Source of the DNA: Lama glama
Lineage: Eukaryota
Direction: 5' to 3'
Length of the DNA: 64,000 bases
Assembly (NCBI GenBank): GCA_028534125.1
Contig: CM052817.1
Span: forward strand, 103,046,001-103,110,000
This document shows, piece by piece, positions 35,592 through 48,430 of this stretch. Numbering within the stretch: the stretch's first letter is position 1; every line of letters starts with the position of its first letter. Under the pieces are notes generated by a model, which searched no databases, was not told the origin of the DNA, and saw only the letters and a program-made list of their open reading frames with translations. Position numbers and translations under genes: made by a program.

Positions 35592-35703
35592 GATGTTAAC
35601 TAGACATTGTGGTGATTATTTCACATTGTATACAAATGTTAAATCATTATGTTGTACACTGCAAATTAATATAATTGTTATATGTCAGTTATACCTCAAT
35701 AAA
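35592..35703 (+). mobile_element. L1MA-type 3' tail followed by (CA)/(CACG) repeat
   Basis: GATGTTAACTAGACATTGTGGTGATTATTTCAC...TATGTCAGTTATACCTCAATAAA. Confidence 0.85.
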
Positions 35704-36356
35704 CACACACACACGCACGCACGCACGCATGCACACACAGAAACAGAGTGCATGTGGAGTAAAAGCATCACCTTACCTGAGTCTTTTGTTAGTCAATATA
35801 CACTCTTCTCTCTGACTACCTCCCCTTCTACCCACTTCATCTCCCCTTCCAGTAGCCAGTGTGATTATAAATATTACAGTTGAGACTGAACAAGAGAACT
35901 CAGCCAATGAAAGAAGTCTGGAATAAACACACTCTTTTTCTAGCAGAAGCACACATGAACAGGTACACTTGCCATAGCCATAACTCACCAATAACTAGCT
36001 GAGCAGCCATAGCTTTGCTCTGTTTGTTTGTTTCAGGAAAGATACCTGGGACCAGAATGGATTCCACCAATGGGTTTCCATGGTGATATAACCTGCAAGT
36101 CATAAATATTCAAAGACCTTATTGGGTCCTTTCCTTTTTTTGTATCTTTGTCCAGTACATGTATGCTGTTTTCACTCATTCCTTTGATTAAGCTATGTGT
36201 AGACTGCCTCAGAATCTACTCCCTTACTAATTATCAATACTGAATTTCATTTGTCTTCTTATTCCCTAGGGCAGATTTGAATATTCTTAAATAAAACACC
36301 AAAACATATATGTCCCAAATTTATAATAATACCTAGTAGTTATTCCCTGCTGATTA

Positions 36357-36955
36357 TGTCAGGCACTTTAGGAGGATATCACATGCCTGCACACCAGGAC
36401 GGAAACTCTTTGTTGGCTCTCTGACAGCCTGTTTCTTCACAGAAACACGACCTGTTTGAACACTGGCCCACTGTCACTATGTGCATAGGGTGCTGGGCTC
36501 TTCTCCAAGCATGGGGGCAATACCATGACTGGTCACAGCTCATTGAGGCAGTCCCCTCGACCTTGCCAGGAATCAGCATTTGACATAGTCCTGGCCAACA
36601 AGATCAGAGGGTATCTGCTGTGGGAATTCTGGGAAGGACTGTCTTCATTGGCAATCCCTTAGTAAGAGCCACCCCCTTTTCTGGACATTTTTCACTTTCA
36701 TGTAACTCTCAGATCTGCAGTTGTCTCTTGGGATTGTGGTGACAGTGTATAAAAATAAGCCAAAAGGATGATAATGGCAAAGCAGAATGATGAAAAGAAT
36801 CAGACAATTTGATGATTCTGGTAAGCCACTGAATTAATCAACCCTGAAATGACCCTGTCTCCAATATCCTTGTTATGTAAAATTTTCTTTAATGTTTAAG
36901 GTGCTTACGATGGAATTTTTCTGTGTACAGATTTTTTAAAATCTCAGTCGATACA
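36357..36955 (+). mobile_element. Old MaLR LTR (MLT1J/K/L-like)
   Basis: ATGGCAAAGCAGAATGATGAAAAGAATC...AGCCACTGAATTAATCAACCCTG...CTTGTTATGT...TGTTTAAG...GATACA. Confidence 0.7.
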
Positions 36956-38794
36956 AAAAAAAAAAAAGAGAGAGAGAGAGAGAAACTTAATTTAACCTTC
37001 CTAACATCCCTAACCTAACAAAGCTCTTCAACAAAAGTTGAAGAGCTGTGATTCAAATATAATTTTGTCTAACTCCAGAACTCATATTCTTAAATGTCAT
37101 GCTAAATCGACTTGCTAATAGGAGATATGATGCAAAGAGTTCAAATGTTTTCACCTCCCTTAGTTTTTATAAGTGGATCTTTTGACTAGCCAGGATTGTC
37201 CACATTTTCACCTTCCTTTGTGTCTTAGTGTTTTCCCACCATCCTCAGTCTCTTAGCCGGACCAGTAATCTTGTCATTCTTTTTTCCTATATGTACCTTG
37301 TATCCTTGAAATTTTTTATATTAATGACACCAGGTAAAATTAGTTAAACCAATGGGATATATAATATCCATAACCAGCTGTCATTTTCCACTATTAACAT
37401 ATTTATTAGCTTTTTTCCATTTTGTGTTAGAAATACCACATCATTGATCTTTAATGACCTCATTAACTAGTAGCTACTAGAACAATTGGCATTTTATTCA
37501 ATAGGACCTTTCTTCATATGCTAAATGTAGCCCCGGGGGGAAAAAATGCCTCCAAAGGAAGGCACTCCCTTAGGAGAAACCATCTGTGATATTCTTTGCA
37601 TTAGCCCTGGAATTTTTTTTAAGTGACCTTGGGTTTCTTCACTCTTTTTTTCCATTAAAAGTAGCTGATGATTTACTATCAGTTTCTCTTGGGCCTTACA
37701 CAAGATTTCTTCAAGTATTGGACATATGATTTTCATCCAGAAGACAGCAAACATTCCTTGTAAATACCTAGCTGAGTGATTTTGATGTATCAAGTGAATG
37801 TCCAGAAGTCCCAGCATATTTCATGGGGCACAGAACCACCTTGCCCCCTGGGAAATGTTCGTCTCCAAATTTTGAGTAAGACTGTCAGGATGAATTAGCA
37901 TTAAATGCAACATTATTATCCCTTCAACTTTCAAGAGGTTAAAAGGAAGATTCAGCTTCTCTGTCAAAGAAGATTTGTCTCTTTGTGTTATGAAGTCAAC
38001 GGAGAAGTCACTTTATAAGCCAGAGAGAACACGTTTGAAAAACAGTATAGTAACATTGTATTTATCTGGAAATCCCAATCATCTAAAGTGTAGCAGAGAA
38101 TGAATAAATAAGAAAATAAGGTTCCTGAACAGAATCACTAAGTGTGGCAATGTTCATTTGCTGAAAGTTACGTACCTCATTTAAGAATAGGCCGTCAAGT
38201 TCTTATGCAGAACCCCAGACTCATATTTTATACATTTTTCTAATGAATTTAGTTAACTTCTTCTTGGTTTATAACACATGACACTTTCAACATTGTTCAA
38301 GGAGAAAGGAAGGGGATGATTTTAGCAACATGCAAACTGAGTGCAAGGGAAGGAACAGACAAAACACAAGCAAAGCACCACTTCACAGAGCATTCCAGCC
38401 TAAGGCTGCGCTCAGTAAGTGCCAACAAATCAAGAAGCTTGAAATGTCTACAATCTTATGGCTCAAAATTATAATTAATACTAATAATTATAACTTTAAT
38501 AATAAAAATTAAAACGTTTACTACACATGTAGATTTTGCAGCTTTAGTAATGATGGTTGAATGAGGAGCAGTGGCAAAACTTTCCTTCCATTAAATCCGT
38601 GTAAAATAATTTAAATAGGAATATATTTATTGTTCAAAAGGATTAATAAATTATATTCAAATATGCACCATTGGACAAATCTAATCGTGGATCTATGAAA
38701 ATATTTTTCAGCACTAAAAAGTAATATAAAAATAATAAGACTTCCTAGATAAAAGAAGGGCATGATATAAAAAGTATACAATGAGGGGAAGATA

Positions 38795-41411
38795 GCTGAA
38801 CATCACCAAAATGGCGCTGTAGGAGGCCCCAGCCTGCATCCCCCTGAGAAGATGAACAATTAGAGAGTTGTCCACGACAAAGACAGCACTGGGAGGCTCT
38901 GGGAGTCCATTTGAGAAATTTCAACAACAAAAACCTTAAAAATAACTGAATAAGAAGGAAAGGCAGACAGCTTTTGCCTGCATCACCCCATTATCCAAGC
39001 CAGCACTGCTCAGAGCCGAGAGGGAACTTGCCAGTTAGAAAGAGTTTTCCTCACTGGGAAGAGAAAAGTGGGGTGAGCAACCAGCTTCCTGAGCCATTCA
39101 GGACACCACGTGATGGTCCTACCTTGGTTTCATCCGACCCAGACTGGCAAAGCTGAGATGTATAGAGACAGCTAGAAACAAGGAAGTCTACCAGTAGCAG
39201 CCACTTAGCAGGAGTTCCCAGTGACCTGGTCTGCAGACAAACCCAGCAGCTTTCATCACCGAGGAAACCAATGGTCAGTGTAGCTATTACGAATCTCTGC
39301 AGATTTCACCAGCTTCTGCCCCACAGGTGTTAACATTCACCATCTGAATACCTCCTCACTCCCTGCCCCCCAGCCCCACTGGAGCCCAGAAGCCGCACAG
39401 GCAGCCAGGCCAGGCCTCTGCAGCTGCATGAATATAAGACACCACCTGGATCACTGCGGCTGATCCCCATCACCATGTGCATAGCCAGGGTTAGCCCTCC
39501 CAGCTGTGCACTTGCATGCCACTGTCCTGATACTTGTCACCACTCCCCACTGCAGTGCACACCTCTGGGGGCAGGCTGCATGGTCACAGGACAGCACATT
39601 AATTGCCAGGGTCCTCATAGCTATTGTGGGCCTGGACCAAGCCCTGTGTTCTGTCACTGGGCTGCACCACTGTAGCCAGCACCTCCAGCTGTCCACTGCC
39701 ACCCCCAGCCTGATCCTTGTCAGCAGCCTCCACTGTCATGCCCCTGTGGCAAGATGCAATGACCAGGGTAATGCATACTGACCGTCAGAGCTCCTGCAGC
39801 TGCTAGTGGGTCCTGGTGCCTGCCCTGACCCCCATCACTACATGTGTGTCTGTAACTGGCCACTGCCACCACACAGGTACCTGTAGCTGCCCCCTACACT
39901 GAATCTATGCATACCACTGCTCAGGCCCCAACCTGGACCTGCCCTGGACCCTACCCACTGGAACTTAAGGCTCTGCTGAGAACCCCAACAGTCCTTGCAA
40001 GCACCGCAAACCCACCCAAAATACTTACTATGTGCCAGACAATTGTAGATGCTATGGGTCCTACTGGCCTGAGCCAAAAAGACATCACAACCCCCTGGGC
40101 CTGCTGCCACCACACAATCTTGTACCTGACACCTTGCACCACTAAGTCCAGAGTCACAGTAAGTTCTAGCATGCTTCCGCTCACAGGCAAAAACCTTCCC
40201 TTGTCAAAGTTAATCCATAAATTCTGGAAGAGGTGACTGCTTCTTCAAATGTGCAGACACCTATGCAAAGCTACAGGGATCACAAACCATCCTTCAAATA
40301 AATACAGTGAACTTCAGTTACTGGTCCCCCAAAAAATGGATATTCAAGAATTGTCTGAAAAAGAATTCAAAAGATGCTCAGAGAGCTTCAAGAGAAAACA
40401 GATTAAAAACTATAATGATATCAGGGGATAAATATGAGAACAAAATGAGTTCAACAAAGAGATAAAAGCATAGAAAAGAACCAAACAGAAATTTTGGAGA
40501 CAAAGGACGGAACTGAAAAATTCAATAGAGAGCTTCAATAGCAGAATTGACCAAACAGAAGAAAGAAACAGGAAGCTTGAAGACAGATCAATTAAAATTA
40601 TCCAATCAGAGTGAGACAGGAGGGAAGAGGGCAGGGCCCAACCATTGAAGGAGTGACACAACAACTGAGGACAGGACAGTCTGGTTAGAGCCACGAAGGC
40701 AGAAGATTTGGATTCTGGTAGACCTTGAGCCTGATGGCATACCCACAGGCACCATCACAGTTCCTAAACTGACCATCAAAGGTCAAAAAGTGGGCAGGGA
40801 CCCAATTCTTAGAAATCCATGCCACTTCCTCAAAGTAGCTGGAAAAATCCTCTTGCTCACTAGCATATGAAATTACCAAGCCCATTAAAAACTAACAACT
40901 CTGCACCTCGTGGTCAGTCTCTCTCTTACCTTCTGAGATGGCCTGCACTCTATCTATGGAGTGTGTATCTACCTATACTTTAAACTAAACACCCCACACC
41001 TCTCAATCTCACTCTTTCTTTCCTTTTGAGATGACCCTCATTCTTCCTATGGAGTGTGCATCTCCTAAGCTGCTCTCCCTTCTGAGTGAGACAGACCCCA
41101 CTATGTCTTTGGATGTGTATCTCTCTAAATGAACTTGCTTTCACTTTTCTATGCCTTGCTCTTGAATTCTTTCCTGTACAAGGCAAGAACCTATTCCCTG
41201 CCAATAAGAGGAATAAAAAAGAAAAAAAGGAATGAAGAAATCTTACATGATTTATAGGGCTCCATTAGAAGAAACAATTTTTGTATCATTGGAGGCCCAG
41301 AAGGAGAAGAGAGAAAGGAAGGACAGGAATCTTATTTAAAGAATCATGGCTGAGAATTTCCCAAACCTGGGGATAGATTTGGACACCCAGGTTCATAAAG
41401 CTAATAGACAC
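38795..41411 (+). mobile_element. L1 5' UTR and ORF1 (degenerate), interrupted by a solo LTR and truncated by the gap
   Basis: Starts CATCACCAAAATGGCG (YY1-like), then a GC-rich repetitive UTR. ORF1-like pieces ELSEKEFK, NSIESFNSRIDQTEER, IIGGPEGEE, EIMAENFPNL-type. Confidence 0.9.
40612..41206 (+). mobile_element. Solo ERV1-type LTR (~595 bp) inserted in L1 ORF1
   Basis: Starts TGAGACAGG and ends ...GCCAATA. Perfect 4-bp TSD AGAG (40608-40611, 41207-41210). L1 ORF1 resumes across it. Confidence 0.88.
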
Positions 41412-41911
41412 NNNNNNNNNNNNNNNNNNNNNNNNNNNNNNNNNNNNNNNNNNNNNNNNNNNNNNNNNNNNNNNNNNNNNNNNNNNNNNNNNNNNNNNNN
41501 NNNNNNNNNNNNNNNNNNNNNNNNNNNNNNNNNNNNNNNNNNNNNNNNNNNNNNNNNNNNNNNNNNNNNNNNNNNNNNNNNNNNNNNNNNNNNNNNNNNN
41601 NNNNNNNNNNNNNNNNNNNNNNNNNNNNNNNNNNNNNNNNNNNNNNNNNNNNNNNNNNNNNNNNNNNNNNNNNNNNNNNNNNNNNNNNNNNNNNNNNNNN
41701 NNNNNNNNNNNNNNNNNNNNNNNNNNNNNNNNNNNNNNNNNNNNNNNNNNNNNNNNNNNNNNNNNNNNNNNNNNNNNNNNNNNNNNNNNNNNNNNNNNNN
41801 NNNNNNNNNNNNNNNNNNNNNNNNNNNNNNNNNNNNNNNNNNNNNNNNNNNNNNNNNNNNNNNNNNNNNNNNNNNNNNNNNNNNNNNNNNNNNNNNNNNN
41901 NNNNNNNNNNN
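41412..41911. other. Assembly gap (500 N)
   Basis: Run of exactly 500 N. Confidence 1.
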
Positions 41912-42030
41912 CTGTTTACATGTTTTGGCTATTGTAAATAGTGCTGCTATGAACATTGGAGTGCAGGTGTCATCCTGAAGTAGATTTCCTTCTGGATACA
42001 AGCCCAGGAGTGGGATTCCTGGGTCATATA
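41912..42030 (-). mobile_element. Young L1 ORF2-end fragment
   Basis: Minus translation DDTCTPMFIAALFTIAKTCKQ. Confidence 0.92.
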
Positions 42031-42119
42031 AACATTGTACTTTTGATTTTCACATTCATTCTACATGTAACATGCAGGAATTAGTTTCCCTAACATCTCT
42101 GCCTTTTGAGGCACTTCCA

Positions 42120-42355
42120 ACCAATTCCAACTCTAGTTCTTCCACGATGCCTTCCTGGACTTCCCACTCAGACGTGATTACTCCTACCTCTAAGTGTCAG
42201 CAGGACTTAGATTATGCTAATCTTTAGTTTTTGGAACCTAGAGGAGCTGCATTTAGAATTTACCCCAGATCTCAGGTGGGCAAGAAAAACTGCTCAGTAT
42301 CTGCCAGCTCATAGGTTTTAACTCAATAAATATGAGATGAATGAATGAATAAATA
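42120..42355 (+). mobile_element. L2 3' relic
   Basis: CTCAATAAATATGAGATGAATGAATGAATAAA tail. Confidence 0.55.
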
Positions 42356-45055
42356 GCTGCTGTAAAACCAGCCCTGCAGGACTGTAAAATATTTGCCCAA
42401 GAATGCTTCCATTGGCTACATAGAACCCAGTATGGAACTTTTCCACGTGGCTCTGAGTGTCATGCCAGAAATAATACACAGGCTGTCAGCTGCCCCTGAG
42501 CAATTCTTGATGGTCTCAAACAGAGATGAGGGAGATGTGGAGCAGGGTGAGACAGGAATGAGCAGATCAGCTCCACCTCTCTGAGTGCTTAAGAGTTCAT
42601 TACCTTCTACAGAAGGGAGGTCATCAAGTGGAAAAAATACTGTCAGGCAACCATCCATTCCGGGGTTCTGGTCATGCCTCCGTCTGTCATTTTATCTCTA
42701 ATAATTAGATAAGGGTGTAAACAGAATTAATTGAAGTAGCGTGGTTACCTGCCTGCATCATTTTCATCCACAGAGTCCACTGGAGGACTCCTTCAGATGC
42801 TACACTGCTTAGGAATTATACGTGTTACTTTAATTAAAAGGGATAATTTGATAATAATCAAATTGACTAAGAATTTTATTTAAATATAAGAGTAAATTAG
42901 AGCCAGATTATAGCAGTGCCAGTTTAGTTTTAAATCACCAGTCCCTTCTCATCAGGGAATTTATAGTCATTTTCTACCTCCTATTATTAGTGGAATAAAC
43001 CCCGTTGGCTGTGCCAATACCTCAAAGTTGCTTTTGTGACCTGTGTATCTTTATCTATTGTTGCTTCTGTGTCAGAGGGTGCTTTCAGACTCCTTTTGAG
43101 GTTCATTTAATTTCTATTCAACCCCAGTTCCTTTAACAAGACTTCACTGTCTCTGCTGTGACTCCTCATACATCCATGACCCCTTTGTCCCATGGTTTTT
43201 ATTTGTGGTTGACATTTTTTCTTTAGAACTCTCCCTTTCTTACAGTCATGCTCTGTGTCCTGTGCAACAATAAAATCTCTGCCCATTTCTTTTCTGCACA
43301 GACTTCCCCCACCACGCTTTGCACTACACAGTGTTGTCTTTTTATTTTCTCATCCACTTCTCAGTTCTCAGCCTGGAAATAACTCTATCTTTCTGGTGTT
43401 ACTGCTATTTCTCTACTACTAACTACACTTAATTTATGCTGACAGCATTCATATTGAAGCTTATACTCCACGCATCTCTAGCATCCTTCAGTTTATTCCT
43501 GACTCTTTGCTGGTGAAAGGATTTCATTCTTTTCTCCAAGGAAGCCCTGTGTTTTAGAAGCAAGACTGGTATTTGACAGAAGACCCAAGTATCTTGTGTT
43601 CCTGGGAGGCAAGAAGTGAAAAAAAAAAAAAAAGAAAAAAGAAACAGCAAAAAGCACAGACATATACAAACTTTTTTCTAGGAGATGCTTTAAGTTTTTT
43701 CTTTTCCTTTATTTACAGCATTTCAGGTTTTCAGCAAATATACAGCAGGAAGATGTGGACTTCCTGCCTCTGGGGATTGCAAACTTCCCATTGAGCTCTG
43801 CCCGTCAAGCTCCCTTTAAGTTTTATGATCACATACTTAAAAATGGCATAATATTCAACTAAAATGTGGCATAAGGTGGCAAGATCTTAAGTTTATTCTC
43901 CGTTTTGTTGTGTGCAATACAGATAATGCTTGTTCCACAATTATGTTTTTAAATGCACATAATTTCTTTTGTCTTCAACAAACCATTCAGCTATGAAGTT
44001 TTAAATTTTACACCCATCAATTTAGAGTTATTGTGAATTGGGAAATGGCTTTAAGACATCTATGTAGGAAAAAATGATCCCCTTTTATCAGGAGCCTGAA
44101 CTATTCAGACAGATTCCCCCTGGTCAAAGACCATATGACAGTGTTCTCAGGTATGGTGAATAAATGAATAAACGAGTAATGCTAATAGACATGGAGTGAA
44201 GCTGCCAATGCATTTCATCCCGATCTTCGGAGTAATTTAGAACTTGCTCTGTTTTTTTTTTTTTTTCTTTTTAAGAAAAACTGTCCATCAAGTTCAAACA
44301 TACAATGGATAGTGTGGATAAAAGACCATCAGGCATTTATATGAAACCACAAGACATCTTTTCACTAGCTATCTCAATTTGGGATTTGAATTCAAACTCA
44401 TCAAAGGGAAAAAAAGATCTATTAACACATTACACAGTCTTTAAAGAAAAGAATCAGTATTTTACTTTTTTGACAGTTGAATGAAAGGATTTAGACACAT
44501 TTCAAATGGAGAAAAAAGGGCTTTAATCCCTTGATGGAACAGGAAGACAATCATACTATACTGGGAAGACTGCACAGACTGTTGGAGAGAAACCACAGAA
44601 TATGCAGCCTCAGCCCCATCAGATCCGAGCACAGCAGCAGCTTGTCTGTTGGCTTGTTTCCTCTCAGCCTGGTTCACCTCCCACAGGCTTTACAGTAAAA
44701 GGAAGTGTAAACCCTCATCTGAGCAGGTGCTACTCTATTAGAGACGACTTAGAAGGTATAATGAGGAGGGAGGGAGTGGTGTATTACTTTAACCAGATTG
44801 CAAACCTGAAGAAGAATAATGAACGTCCCATTAGCTAAATAAACCGGGGCGGGGGGGGGGTGGGCAGGAAGAAGACAGGGGCATGGTGCTTACAGAAGAG
44901 TCACTTTTTGTTGTGTATGGTGTTCATGATACTAAACAAATACATGTTTTCGTAAATGTCCTTTTCTGTGCACACGAAATATAGTAGGCATTCAACTATT
45001 TGTGGAATGAAAATAAGAATACATTACGTATATAGAAAATTTTGGTCTAAGATGA

Positions 45056-45273
45056 TCAGAAACAACTTGTCAATCAGCACCTTTGACCTTTGGGACCAGA
45101 TGGACCTTTGGGTGAAGGGCTGTCTCATGTATTGTAGGGTGTTTAGCAGCCTCCTTGGCTACGAGACCCATCAGATTCCAGGAGCAACTCCCCCTGTTGG
45201 GAGGACCAAAATGTTTCCAAATGTTGCCAAATGTCCCCTGGATGTCATAGCTCCTCTGATGGACAACCACTGA
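45056..45273. mobile_element. MER20 hAT-Charlie MITE
   Basis: GGGCTGTCTCATGTATTGTAGGGTGTTTAGCAGCCTCC...CCAAAATGTTTCCAAATGTTGCCAAATGTCCCCTGG...AACCACTG. Confidence 0.88.
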
Positions 45274-45410
45274 TGAGAAAGGAAGTTACAATGAGCACAC
45301 TTGGATTTTACCTACATAGCTTTCTATTCTTTCTATTTGGAAGGCTAGTTTGTGATTGGGTAGGAAGGATGGGTTCACTTGCATTTTACCTGTTATCAAA
45401 TTTATGTGAA

Positions 45411-45844
45411 TATATTAGTTTGGTAGGGCTGCTGTAACCAAGGACCACAAATTGGGTGGCTTAAAGAGCAAGAATTTGTTGTCTCCCAGTTCTGGGAGCT
45501 AGAAGACTGAATCGAGGTGCCGGCAGAGTTGGCTCCTTCTGAGGACTGTAGGGGAGAAGGTCTTCCAGGTCTTGCTCTCTGCTTCTGCTGCCTCAGGCGT
45601 CCCTTGGCTTGAAGACAGTTCTCTCCCAGTGTCTTTAGACGATCTTGTCTTTAGGGTGTCAGTCAAACCAGTGTCCAAATTTCCCCTTTTTATAAGGATG
45701 TGAGTCATACAGGATTAGGGCCAGCCCTAACGACCTCGTTTTAACTTGATTACTCTGTAAAGACCCTATCTCCACGCTCTGAGGTACCGGGGGTTAGAAT
45801 GCCAGCATATATTTGGGGGAGGGGGCACAATTCAGCGCACAGCA
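45411..45844 (-). mobile_element. MLT1 (MaLR) solo LTR, MLT1C-like
   Basis: TATTAGTTTGGTAGGGCTGCTGTAACCAAGGACCACAAATTGGGTGGCTTAAA...CAAATTTCCCCTTTTTATAAGGA...GGATTAGGGCC. Confidence 0.9.
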
Positions 45845-46859
45845 GTGTAATCCCAACTACTGTGCCTTTAGTGCCGCAAATGAGACCCTGGCATTTAACC
45901 ACTAACTGCTTTAACTTTTACTTTTTGTTCACCTCTCTGTCACATCTCTGCTGCCTAGGGGACAAAAAACGGTGTGATGTATTTTGTAAGAATCTTTACA
46001 GGACTCAGAAGAGTGCTTGACAAGGTTTTATCTGAATGAAGAAGAAATGCTCCTTTATACAAAGGTGGCTTGTCACTTTAGCTCTAACTGACATAGAATC
46101 ACACCAATGAACTTGTCTATTTTCCTCTTAAGTCAAACCAGCACTGGGCTCCTTTTGAGTAACCATTATTCTTTAAGCTTATTTTAATTTTTAATTGAAA
46201 GAATTAAATATGCAAATAAAAATGAGTGAACAGAACACATTCAAATAGAATGAGAATATGCATAATAAATAATCTCTTCAATGCCTGGTCTTCTTGTCTA
46301 AAGGCAACTGTTGTTGACAGTTTCCTGTATGTCCTTCCAGAATATTCTCATGTACATAAAATTTGCTTATAATATTTTCTACATCCTCTGACTTATTCCT
46401 CTGAAGTTCTAAACACGAACTGCTTGCTGTAATTCCCCCAACTCACACACACACTAAAAAAAGCCAAGAAATTGTAGGTGGATCACATATTCTCCAAGAC
46501 AGAGTTTCAGAGTCCATGATTTGTTTAGCTATGAAATAAAAGACATATGCTTGGGTTGAGTATAGAACCAAACTTAAGAAGAGCAATCTAAAGGCATTTT
46601 TTGGGATCTGCCACCACCCCAAAAGCCATAGACATTAAAGAATGCTGACTATAGAACCAGAGTAGTGAGCCCAGCTGTGTAAACCATCAGGAGCCTGGAT
46701 ATTCTAGGACGCTCCTAGAGGAGGCTGGGGACTGAGGAGAAAGAAGTTCCTGAAGAGCCAAGAACAATGCCAGAAAGCCAGGCTCTTCTTGAAGCCAGCA
46801 TCCTCTCTGGCTCATGAGCACCCACAGACCTGGACAGGAATGAGATGTTTGACAGGGGT

Positions 46860-47190
46860 GCGTTCCCTGGTGCCGACGTTACATACAAGGCATTACTCTC
46901 GGGGCCGAGGATACTGCGGTAATAAGATACAGTCCCTGCTTTCTTGGAGCTTATATCCTGTGCTGAATCAAATAATCAACGAATCAATAAATACACCTAT
47001 AGTGTAATGCCAGGTAGCAGTAAATATTGTGGCGAGAAATAAAGATGGATAAGAGGATAAAGCCCTTGTTAAGAAGCTGACACTACAGCAGAGACTTGAA
47101 TGTATTTAGGCAGCAAGTTATGCAAAGGCCAAAGGAAGGTCGTTCCCATCACGCACTGGAAGGGCAAGTAAAAAGTCTTAATTTGGGAAG
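46860..47190 (-). mobile_element. L2 relic
   Basis: GGATACTGCGGTAATAAGATACAGTCCCTGCTTTCTTGGAGCTTATATCCT...AGCAGAGACTTGAATG. Confidence 0.65.
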
Positions 47191-48294
47191 AAGTTGGCTT
47201 CCTTGTGATTTGGTGGGCTCTCTGTCCTGGAACTGTTCAGTCTGCACTACCTGCCAGGGACTCTAAGAGGATAATCCCTGCATTAGTTATGAGGTTGAGA
47301 CTAGTCAACTTTGAGATCTTCTGGCTTTAAGATTCTGTATATTTGCTTGGCATAACCATATGGCTTAGAACTTAAATAAGAGACACTTAGGAGGAGAAAA
47401 GATGCAGAAGTCTCTTTGGGGAAACAAACAATAAAGCTACAGGTTTGGAGACTGTTTATTCATGACCTTGCTCCCTGCTGACACTGAAATTTGGGGGAAA
47501 TATAAAAACAGAATGAGGGCATGATGAATCAGGAGTTAAAGAAAGTTAGTTCATTTAGCTACACACAGACGTATAACTACTTTCCAAATGATTCAGAATC
47601 TGTGGGAAATGACTTATAAGAGCAGATACGAAACTTTGTATGGGAAGTAATTTTACAGGAAACAATTGTTTGTAAGTTTTGCATGATGCATCATTTTAAA
47701 TTAGAAAACCAGAGATAGCTGAAAGGGTATTTATAGAGTTCTTTGAGCTCTTCTGAAGAAGAGCATGCATGCCACAGATTTTCACTTTCATTTTCGTTTT
47801 TTTAAACATTTTTTTTAAACATCAGGCAGGCAGCACATAAAGGTCATTAGAATCAAAATTTATTTACTGTTGGAACTGGAAAAAATGGACTGATATATGT
47901 TTTTGTGTCTTTGGAGTCTTAGCAAAGACAATATGTTGAAAATTAAATCGAAGGGTGTTGATACTTACTAGCAAAACTTCTAGAACTGTAACATGGTATT
48001 TTATCTTTTGGAGTGAAAACTAAATACCTCAAGTGATAGGTAAAAATGTGGGCATATTTCAGCATCAAAGTTTGGCATTCAAAGTAGACTTACATGGATA
48101 ATATTCATACCTTATATTCTGACTTTCATCAAGTAGGTTTGCAAACCAGGAGGAGCTGTATTGTTTTTTCCTTCTTCCATACGCATCTCCTTTTTCCCTC
48201 TAAGCAGAACACTTATTGAAACCAGTGAAAACTATACACAGAAATTAGGAAGCAAAGCAGTGAAAGAATGGAGACCAGGAGGCTTGACTGCTTC

Positions 48295-48430
48295 TTAACA
48301 GAAGAGGAAAACTGAGTGACAAAAGGGTAAGATATTTGTGACACATCACGTTGTGAATCAGAAGATAGTGCCAGGAATTGAACACACACGTTTCTAGTCT
48401 CTGGGCCAACTCCAAGCTAATTCTCCTCCT
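48295..48430 (-). mobile_element. MIR fragment
   Basis: ACAGAAGAGGAAAACTGAG...AGTGCCAGGAATTGAAC. Confidence 0.55.

Noticed and set aside
41346..42001. ORFs of 202-210 aa
   Set aside because: They cross the N gap, and their ends are L1 ORF1/ORF2 fragments.
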